The notes beneath the pieces were generated by a model, which was given only the letters and a program-made list of their open reading frames with translations, made no database searches and was not told the DNA's origin. Both the position numbers and the translations under genes were made by a program. 64,000 nt of DNA from Salpingoeca rosetta (Eukaryota > Protista > Choanoflagellata): assembly GCA_033442325.1 (NCBI GenBank), contig JAWQFM010000017.1:225909-289908 (forward strand), given 5' to 3'. Below are positions 50,801 to 64,000 of the stretch, in pieces. The first letter of the stretch is position 1; each line of letters opens with the position of its first letter.

Positions 50801-51807
50801 GACAGAGGGTTGCGCGGTGGTGGTGTCGTGACATCGATATGTTTGAATACACGCACGTGCATGCGTATGTGCATGCGTATGTGCATGTGCGAGTCTGTGC
50901 GTGTCTTTATTGTGCACATGTGTTGTGTTTGAGTGTGCGCATGTGTACTGTATGCGTAGTGTGTTCTCGTACACCTGCATGCGTGTATCTCGGTTACGTA
51001 CCTCCGTGCCTATCCAGCCCTACCGCCCACAACCACCCTTCCATTTGCCATGTGTCATCCCCATACAGACAGTGACTGTAGCGAATGGCGTCTGCAAGAA
51101 CTACAGCGGGCTTCCCTGCAAACACATCGTTGCAATCAACCATCCTCGCGCTCACACCGTACGTCTCACGAACTTGGCTAGAGAAATTGATGTGAATGAG
51201 TCCAATTATCAACACACATACGAGCACGCAGACACACACACACACATGCACACACACACACACATACACACATGCACATGCATTTGCGTGCTTGCTGACA
51301 CGCACACGCACGCACACACACATACACACATACAAGTAGATCCACGACATGTTCAAGCAAGCCGTCTACGTGCAAGCCTGGCATGACTTTGGCCTGCATG
51401 TGCCGTTGGAGGCGTCGAGCGTGCCTTGCGACATGCTGCCACCACCTGCAGTCATACAGCCCGGGCGACCGCAGGAGAACAGACTGGAGCGACAACCACG
51501 CAACCGCACGCGTAATCGCAGGGGCAGGGGTCGAGGCAGGGGTAGAGGCAGGGGACGTGGTGAAGGTGGTGGTCGGGGTGGTCGACGAGGTGGAGGGAGA
51601 GCGAGTGTACGGGGGATAGCACGCGGCAGAGGCGGCGCACCTACGGCAGATGCAACCGCGCCGCCATTATCACAACCACCACAGCCACCACAACCGGTCT
51701 TCGTGAACGCGGCACCACTCATACAACCCCTACTCGGGGCGCATCAGGCCCATTCCCACCAGCACTGCCTGCACCTGTACACGGGCCAGCAGCGCCACCG
51801 CCTCTGA
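47877..51807 (+). CDS. MULE/MuDR-family DDE transposase with SWIM-like zinc finger, ~9 exons
   Basis: MuDR N-terminal LKPGTMFKSKDDVLRAL; C…C…HTC zinc domain; VLFTDATF (D1); ETKEAY; VFSDEGPGVVAAIEDVHP…LCTFHIRKN (D2 plus CxxH); TSNLVESINAALK (E); GLPCKHIVAI (SWIM-like); PP…PGRP; RG-rich tail. Confidence 0.88.
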
Positions 51808-52984
51808 TGCATGCCATGATGCCGAGCTTGTCAACGACACCGGTCATCACAAGCATATTGACGCCGCTGCAACTACCAATGACTGGAGCGGGATGGCAGA
51901 CGTCAATGGCAGCATTGTCTGCAGCAACGGCAACAACGGCAGCAACAACGGCAACAGCTGTGATGGCAGTTGAAGCAGCTGCAGCAGTAGGGGTTGTCCC
52001 CGCGCACATGACGACGATGGGAGCCGGGACGTCGCCACCTTCCTTCCCCAACACGGCGCCGCCGTCACCCATGTCTTTGACGCCTACAGCGACAGCGCCA
52101 CGGCCATTCTCACACACATCAGTGGCAGCCTTTCCGTCACCGACTCCCTTGCTGGCATCACCATCATCATCAGCATCGTCGTCGTCATCCTCATCATTCG
52201 CGCCGTCTCAACAGCAGCGGCCGCAGCAGCAACAGCAGCACAATCGGCAAACACTGCTGCACCACCAGTATCACTCTCAGTGTATGCAGCGCTTGCAGAC
52301 AGGCAGCTTGGGACGGACGAGATTCACATGCTCGGCTGTCGGTAAGCGACTGCTATGCACATCACTATCAGTGTTTCAGTGTGCTGTGGTTGTGGAGTTC
52401 AGCGCATGCTCGATGACATGACGTCCTATCTGCTCACTCACCTCTGCGTATGCGTGCGTGTGTGCGTGTGTGCGCGTATGTGTGCCTGTGTGCGCGTATG
52501 TGTGCGTGTGTGCGTGTATGCGTGTGTGTGTGCGCGTATGTGTGCGTGTGTGTGTGCGCGTATGTGTGTGTGCGTGTGTGTGTGCGTGCGTGTCTTTGGC
52601 TGTGGCATCGAGGATTGGGCGGGCTTTTGAATCCAAGCGCGCTTCAGGGCAGCGACGATGATGCTCGCAACCACCGCCGGTTCAAAGTAGCAGACAGAAG
52701 GCTCTTCTCTGCCCAGGTGTGTGCATATCTGCGTGTATGCAAATGTGTATGCAGGGATGTGCGTGTGTGTAGGTAGTTGTGTACATGAGTGCGTGCGCGC
52801 GTGCGTGCGTGTGTCTGTGTGTCTGTGTGTCTCTGTGTGTGTGTATGTGCGTGCGTGTGTGTGAATCGCCGCGCATGTGTACGCATGCAGTTCGCCTTCT
52901 TCACTCCCCGCCTCCCCCCTCACGTCCTCACGTCCTCTCCCGCGACGCACGCGCCTTCACTTGCATACAGATACAGCGCATTCC

Positions 52985-55900
52985 TTTCCTGCGCCATACG
53001 ACGGCGCGGTGCACGTGGCAGACTCATCTACGCAGTCTTCCACAGGGGTTCAGACAGCGAGCAACCGAACAGGAACAGGATTTACTGGCCCGCAATGGCA
53101 GCACCTCATCACCTGCAACGTCACGCAAGACACCACCCCGCAGTTCAGCGCGCAGCTGTTCCCCGAGCCGCCAGACATCATCATTGCCTACGACGAGCGT
53201 GCCGTCTTCCTGTGTTTCTCTGGGTTTCGCAGCTCCGCCAGCGAGGACGGGCCGGCGCTGGTCTTTCGCACCTGCACCGCCAGCGGCAGGCTCGGTGCGC
53301 CATCGGCAACCTGCGTGGACACTGACGAGTGCGCGTCGGTGGCGCAGGCCCGTCGCGCCCTCAGCAGCCTGCAGCAGTGCATCAACACCAACGGCTCGTA
53401 CGCGTGCGCGTGCACTGCGCCCGACAGCATGCTCAGCAGCGACAACCGCACATCCACGTACGCTGTCCAGCCAGCTCTTCCCAGACACCATTGACACGGA
53501 GACGGCGCTTGACGTGGTGGACGTGCTCGTCGTGGCGCAGGACCGCGACCTCAGCACCCTGCCCATCGACAACATCACCATTGGCAACCTCCTCATCACA
53601 GAGACGAGCTGTCATCCAGTCCAGCATTCGCGTGCGGCTGCAGCGGGCAGACCTCCGCTCCACCGCCGCCATCCCCGTCTCGCCAAGCCCAATTGTGCTG
53701 CACATGACGGATGGGAGCACCCTCTCCACCCAGCGGCTCGCCATCCTCCGCACCATCTGCCACCACATCCACACACACACACACACACACACACACNNNN
53801 NNNNNNNNNNNNNNNNNNNNNNNNNNNNNNNNNNNNNNNNNNNNNNNNNNNNNNNNNNNNNNNNNNNNNNNNNNNNNNNNNNNNNNNNNNNNNNNNATCG
53901 ACGACTGCAGCCCCAACCCTTGTGGCCCCGGCACCTGCACAGACCTCGTGGCAGACTTCACGTGCTCCTGCGAAGGCACGGGCTTCCAGGGCGACCTGTG
54001 CGCCCAACGCGTGCAGTGCCCAGCACCGGCAACTGCGGATGCAGCCACCATCACGTCCCAGTCACCAGGGGTGGACGTCCACTTTTGAGGACTCTGTTGT
54101 GTACTCGTGCCACTCCGGTAACGTCGTTTACAACACCACATCCGGCAGCACGCTCACCACGCTCCTTCCCCCAGACAGCACGCCTGCCTACATGACCTCG
54201 TTCACCCGCACGTGCCGGGCCGATCAGACCTACACCAACACGGAGCTGGCGTGTCGTGACGTCAACGAGTGCGACCCAGACGCGTATGCAGCCTACACGG
54301 CCGCAACCGGCAACAGCAGTCGTTCAGCACGGCGTGCCAAGACGCATGCACCAACACAATTGGGTCGTTTGAGTGCTCCTGCCCTGCCGGGTTTGAGCTG
54401 CAAGCGGATGGGCGCTCGTGCGATGTGCTGTCGTGTGGGCTGCCGCCTTCTCGTCCCTTTGCCACCGTGGCCAGCCAAGACCAGCCCCGCACCTACCAGC
54501 AGCAGGCGCTGTACACGTGCGATGATGGCTACACCACCACGGGCGATGCACAGGCTGCCGCCACCTACACGGCTACCTGCACGGCGACAGGCAACTACAC
54601 GTTCCAAGGGACGTGTGTGGAGGTGGACGAGTGCGCCGCCCAGCCGTGCATGAACGGCGGCATGTGCACGGACCTGGTGAACGCGTTTGAGTGCGCATGT
54701 GTCGGCGAGTGGGGTGGCCCGACGTGCAGTGATGACACCAACAGGCCACCAGAACGCATCTCCCTCAGTACCACGCGCGTGCCAGAGAACACCTTCCCGC
54801 TGCCTCTCGTCACTGTCACTGTGGAAGACCCAGACACCCACCAGAGCCACACGCTGCAGGTGCTCTCATCAACACCACCCGGTGTCATTGTCGTGGCAAC
54901 GACAAATGGTGGCAGTAGCAGTGGTGGTGCAGGTGCAGCTTCTCCCACTCTGGAGATTACGCGTGCACTGGACTTTGAGGTGGATGGGTCGGCCATCGAG
55001 GCTGTCGTGCGTGCAACAGACAACGGCACCATTTCCCAGCTGTCGGCTGACTTTCTTGTGCGCATCAACGTTGAGGACAACAACGACGCGCCAACAGCCG
55101 TGTTGCTTGATACCACCAGCATTGCAGAGAACACGCCTTGTATCCCGCATCAGCACCGTGGACCAAGATGCTGGTGACACCTTCACATACGCACTTGTGT
55201 CCCCGCAAGGCTCAACAGCCGCTGCAGCCTTTCAAATCGCGGGCGACATGCTGCTGGTCAAGTCTGCAGTGCCGCTCAATCACGAGGCCAACCCTGTCGT
55301 CACCACATCCATCTCCTCCATCGACAACAACGGCGCCGTCGTCACGTCCACCTTCAACATCAGCGTCGCTGACATCAACGAGCCGCCCACAGACGTGGTC
55401 GTGCACGCCATCAACGACACGTCGCAGCAGCTGCTGCAGCAGTTCCTTGTGCCAGAGCAGCCAGCACATGCCACAACAGCAGCGCAGCCGTGGCTGGTGG
55501 GCGCCGTGCGCGTGCTGGATCCGGACACGGCCGACGCCACCGCAGACCCGCATCCGTTTGTGTTTGACGTGTCCCCAGCCGGTATTGCCTACATTGAGAA
55601 CCAGCAGCTGTTTGTCGACCGGTCGGCACTCGATTTTGAGTCGCAGTCGTCCTTCGTCATCATTAACGTCACCGCGCGCGATGCCCGCGACAGCTCCCTT
55701 GCCGTGTCACACCAGTTCACGCTGCTCGTGCAAGACTTGAACGAGTCGCCCTCATCTGTCGTCCCCAACGGCGTGTCCTTCCATCTCCGAGCATGCGCTC
55801 CCGGGCACCGTGGCCGGCTCGCTCACCGTACAGGACCCAGACAGCATCGCCAACGACACGCACACGTTCCTGCTCACCGACGCCTCTGGCAAGTTCGCGC

Positions 55901-58892
55901 TCGTTCCAGGCAGCGACCGACCGGCGTACGGTGTAGCTGGTGCTGGCAGCGGGCGCGACGCTGAACTACGAGGTGCGGTCCGTGTTCGTTGTCACCGTCA
56001 CCGCGACGGACCAAGGCGGCCTCTCCGCCACATCGCAGATCCTCGTGTCTGTGCAGGACAGGAACGACGCCCCGACAACGCCCACCATCACCAGCAACAG
56101 GCTTCCCGAGAACACGACGGCGCTTCCGTTCGTCGTCGGCACGCTGCAGGCCACGGATGAGGACGCGAGCCAGATGCTCCAGTTTGCGATTGACAGCATC
56201 GATCCGCCACACGTCGCGCCCGTGTTTGCGCTAGACGGTGCAGCACTCGTTTACGACAACACAGACAGCCCGGACGTTGTCGTGAGCCACGAGACGACGC
56301 CGACCATTGCCTTCACCATCACCGTGCAGGACTCGGGCGGCCCTGGGGACAACGACCCACCGCTCAGCACAACGACGGACATTGTTGTTCGCGTGGTCGA
56401 CAGCAACGACGCGCCACAGGGCTTGGTGCTCATCAACGCAACAGCGGCCGTCCCGGAGAACGCAGTGGCCGGCACCTTCGTTGGCACGCTCGCGGTCACG
56501 GGCGAGGACATGGGCGAGACCATCACGTTTGAGATTCTGCTTGGCGGTGAATTCCTGGCCGTCGCCACCCCGCAGCCCACCGCCTGCTCCGGTGGTGCTG
56601 GCCTGTGCACTGCGGATGTTGTCACGACGACACCGCTNNNNNNNNNNNNNNNNNNNNNNNNNNNNNNNNNNNNNNNNNNNNNNNNNNNNNNNNNNNNNNN
56701 NNNNNNNNNNNNNNNNNNNNNNNNNNNNNNNNNNNNNNNNNNNNNNNNNNNNNNNNNNNNNNNNNNNNNNNNNNNNNNNNNNNNNNNNNNNNNNNNNNNN
56801 NNNNNNNNNNNNNNNNNNNNNNNNNNNNNNNNNNNNNNNNNNNNNNNNNNNNNNNNNNNNNNNNNNNNNNNNNNNNNNNNNNNNNNNNNNNNNNNNNNNN
56901 NNNNNNNNNNNNNNNNNNNNNNNNNNNNNNNNNNNNNNNNNNNNNNNNNNNNNNNNNNNNNNNNNNNNNNNNNNNNNNNNNNNNNNNNNNNNNNNNNNNN
57001 NNNNNNNNNNNNNNNNNNNNNNNNNNNNNNNNNNNNNNNNNNNNNNNNNNNNNNNNNNNNNNNNNNNNNNNNNNNNNNNNNNNNNNNNNNNNNNNNNNNN
57101 NNNNNNNNNNNNNNNNNNNNNNNNNNNNNNNNNNNNNNNNNNNNNNNNNNNNNNNNNNNNNNNNNNNNNNNNNNNNNNNNNNNNNNNNNNNNNNNNNNNN
57201 NNNNNNNNNNNNNNNNNNNNNNNNNNNNNNNNNNNNNNNNNNNNNNNNNNNNNNNNNNNNNNNNNNNNNNNNNNNNNNNNNNNNNNNNNNNNNNNNNNNN
57301 NNNNNNNNNNNNNNNNNNNNNNNNNNNNNNNNNNNNNNNNNNNNNNNNNNNNNNNNNNNNNNNNNNNNNNNNNNNNNNNNNNNNNNNNNNNNNNNNNNNN
57401 NNNNNNNNNNNNNNNNNNNNNNNNNNNNNNNNNNNNNNNNNNNNNNNNNNNNNNNNNNNNNNNNNNNNNNNNNNNNNNNNNNNNNNNNNNNNNNNNNNNN
57501 NNNNNNNNNNNNNNNNNNNNNNNNNNNNNNNNNNNNNNNNNNNNNNNNNNNNNNNNNNNNNNNNNNNNNNNNNNNNNNNNNNNNNACATCACCATCCTCA
57601 ACGTCAACGAGCCACCGTACTTGCTGGAGCTCAGCACGAGCTCTGTTGCGGAGAACACGCCACCAGGCATCCCCATCGCTACCATCGTTGCGTTTGATGA
57701 GGACAGGAGCGGTGACGAGCACACGTGCCAGCTGCTCTTTGGCGGCGACAGCGCCTTGCTCTCCTTGTTGCCGCCCAACACACTCACCGTGGCCGCGGGT
57801 ATGACCGTCAACTTCGAGGAGCGCGCCTCGCTCACGTTTGCTGTGTGGTGCAGCGACGTCAACGACGGCACCGTGTTCGCGACAGCCAACCTCACCCTCG
57901 ATGTGGTGGACGTGCAGGAGCCACCCACGGCCGTCGTGTTTGCTGCGTCTGAGCCTGTGCCGGAGGTTCGCTCGCAGGCGATTGTCCTTGGCACGCTGAG
58001 CACGATTGACGAGGACGCGCAGGACAGCACCATCTTTGTGCTCTCGGACAATGACGGCGGGCGCCTGACCATTGCGCAGACCAACGAGGTGGTCATCTTG
58101 GCAGACGCACCACTCGACTTCGAAACACAGCCCGCCCGCACCTTCAACGTCACCGCAGTCGACCTCTCCGGCATCCCTGTCTCCCGCCAGTTCACTTATG
58201 AGGTTGCAGATGTGAACGAGCCACCAACAGCACCCACCATTACCCCAACTCTTGGAAACGGCGGTGACAATAGCAGCGATGTCACAATCATCCCCGTGCC
58301 CGAAACGACGGCTGTTGGAACCGTGATTGCCACGCTCGCATCCACAGACCCAGAAGGCACGCCCGTCAGCTTCGTTGTTGGCGGCCAAGACAGCGCGTTC
58401 GTAGCTGTGGACGGCGCCTCCATCGTGCTCGCCACTCCCGTTAACTTTGAGGGAGGCAGCAGCAGCAGCAGCGACGCCAGGTTGTTCTTCTGGGCACGAG
58501 CCAGCGACGGCGTGAACGACTCGCCCACCACGCACGCTGGCATCGCCATTGGTGACGTGAACGAGGCCCCATCGTCCATTGTGGTGTCACCCACACGCGT
58601 GCCGGAGAATGCGCTGCCGGGCGCGGTCACCCTGAGCGTCACCATCACTGACCCAGACGAAGATGACAGTGTCGTCATCACCGGCATTGCAACCGATCCT
58701 GCCAACATTAACATCACCATTCAGACGCAGCCGTCGTGTGTCAGCGTTTCACCACAGGAAGGCAACAACGGCACGCTTGCTGCTGGGTACACGGAGTGCA
58801 GTGGCGCTGTGCTGTCGCTGAACCAGCCCTTCAACTACGAGCAGCTTCCCTCCTTCGTGCTCACCTTGCACGCAGCCGTGCCTGCACTGTGA
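52985..58892 (+). pseudogene. EGF/Sushi/cadherin-repeat cell-surface protein, 5'- and 3'-truncated, multiple frameshifts
   Basis: Ca-binding EGF repeats (DTDEC…CINTNGSYAC, IDDCSPNPC, DVNEC…CTNTIGSFECSCPAGF, VDECAAQPCMNGG) alternate with CCP/Sushi-like modules. They are followed by many cadherin repeats (PEN, DPD, LDFE, A.D.G, D.N(D/E).P). Frame changes at ~53475, 53617, 54075, 54320, 55135, 55785 and 55935. It stops mid-repeat with no TM helix. Confidence 0.85.
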
Positions 58893-59646
58893 CGTACGTG
58901 TGTATGCTGAAGTAAAGACAACTTTTCAAGGACACAGTAAGGGGGTGGCAATCACGGTTCGAGGCAGCCATCAGCGCACAAACAAAGCACCTTGCATCCA
59001 TGTGATCCACAACATGAACACACACACACACACACACACACACACATCCGCTTGTGAGGCGATGTTCGTGCGGTTGAGCCCGGTCACATGAAGTCTTGGC
59101 CACAGGCCAGCCGCACAGAGGTACATCCATATTCACCTGCAGCAGTCACAGGCACAACATCAAAGGGGAGCAACTTGAGTGCTTGAGTGATGCACCGGAC
59201 AACAAACACGATGCACAACACGATGCCAACACCAACCACACATGCATGCACACAATCGCTGCAACTCTGGCTCCTTCTCCATCCCCAGCCCTCTCCCAGG
59301 GCTTGTCTGGGGCAGCCAAGAATTGCTTTGGTGATGTGAATTCATCACATCCAACACAAACAACACGTGGGCTCAACACCCTCATATTGAGGACAATGCG
59401 CTTGAGTTACGTTTGACAGCACTTTGAGGAGGTTGGACGTGTACATCATTTATTGTGTGAGAGGAGCATACGAGGAAACCACATGGAAAGGAAAGTCGTG
59501 CAGACCAGGGAAGGAGGATACAACAAAAACAGCAGCAGTGGTCATGAGCAGAGGTGGTAATCGACATGGAAGCCAAGATTGAGAAGGGGAGGCTGTGCGA
59601 AGAGGCGAAGCTCGGTGGGCGGTGTGGTGTTCGTGTTCATGTCAAG

Positions 59647-60159
59647 CTACTTGGCGCATGACTTCATGAGGGTAACGACCTTGTCGCTGAGCTTGTCCAG
59701 GGCCTGGCGTGCCTCCTTGCGCTTTCGAACGGCCTCTTGCACAGCCTCGCGTGTCTCCTGAGTCTCAAGCGCCTTGTGGACTTGGACCTCCGTGCAAACC
59801 CGGGCACAGAGCGTGCCGTAGCTAACTTGGAGCTCTTGCAGTTGTTCGTTCGCACGTCTCAGCCGATCCTCAGGGCGGGCTGTCATTTCAAACCAGCCCT
59901 CCTGAATGGACTCGCAGAGGCGGCCAGCAGCAGCTTTGATCTCGTCGAAGTTCTTGTAAACGGCGTACAACACCGCACCTCCAACAACAGCGCCGGCGAT
60001 GACTGGATGTGCAACAGCAAAGTTCGCAGCCCCTTGAATAGCGCCTTTCACAAAAGGCACGGTTGCCGCGACAGCGGCATCAAGAGCTGGCGAAGCTTGA
60101 GCGGCGAGCACTGCACTGGCCGCCATTGTTGCCTTTGCCACCTCATGCGGGCGAGCCAT
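59647..60159 (-). CDS. Hypothetical intronless protein: hydrophobic segment followed by a coiled coil
   Basis: ~170 aa ORF free of microsatellites, with AVAHPVIAGAVVGGAVLYAVYKNF followed by heptad-like LRRANEQLQELQ…EARQALDKL. Divergent from TRMT6. Confidence 0.5.
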   Translation of the reverse strand: MARPHEVAKATMAASAVLAAQASPALDAAVAATVPFVKGAIQGAANFAVAHPVIAGAVVGGAVLYAVYKNFDEIKAAAGRLCESIQEGWFEMTARPEDRLRRANEQLQELQVSYGTLCARVCTEVQVHKALETQETREAVQEAVRKRKEARQALDKLSDKVVTLMKSCAK

Positions 60160-60539
60160 TGCTGGGGTTTTCGTCGACCACACACTTCGAGTTCACCTGT
60201 GCTGAAAATGCACCTTACACCTTTCGCCGGCCAGTTTGGTAACAGCAATAATAGTGTGTGTCACATCACACCAGAGTGGAGATGGCACGACATAGCACTT
60301 TGTCGGTTGTTGGGCGAATGCAGGCTAACCTGCCGTGAGTAACACCTATGGCAGCAGAGCATGAGCAATCGTTTCGCGCTCAGAACTGCAAGTAATTGAC
60401 ATCATGGTCAGTTCGACAAAGGGGTGGGTAGTGGCTTCTTTGTACCACTCCTCATTGATGACGAGACAAGCATTCATTGCTCCCACCTCCACCAGGTTCC
60501 AATTTGCCACATTTTCCGTTGGTTTTCGGCACAGACAGC

Positions 60540-64000
<3,461 letters not shown>

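Overview
Intron-rich eukaryotic DNA with (CA)n/(GT)n microsatellites in most introns and six N-gaps (6905-7004, 30568-30818, 33205-34010, 44840-45393, 53797-53896, 56638-57585). The style and gene content suggest a choanoflagellate, probably Salpingoeca rosetta (inference). Most short ORFs in the supplied track are microsatellite artefacts, so I rebuilt the genes by eye from exon fragments; boundaries are approximate. About 1-33 kb and 60.5-64 kb hold apparently intact housekeeping genes: NELF-C/D (TH1-like), mARC/MOSC, an RRG7/DUF2034-like nuclease-fold protein, mitochondrial uS10, a HIG1-domain protein, FEN1, a rabaptin-like coiled-coil protein, PYROXD2, a DHHC palmitoyltransferase and TRMT6. 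Between them (about 34-59 kb) lies a 25 kb accessory island. It contains a near-complete, intron-containing Mutator-like (MULE) transposase and a second MULE fragment. It also holds decayed copies of surface and sensory genes: a secreted 7-repeat beta-propeller, a tyrosinase, two internally deleted receptor-kinase copies in inverted orientation, a TRP-like channel with possible WD40 repeats, a P1B ATPase fragment and an EGF/Sushi/cadherin gene. The most notable signals are (1) introns whose 5' (GT/GGT-rich) and 3' (CA/CAC-rich) repeats are complementary and whose acceptors often lack a polypyrimidine tract, (2) the MULE-associated island of gene fragments, (3) a double E2F site upstream of FEN1, and (4) a possible structured RNA in a TRMT6 intron.
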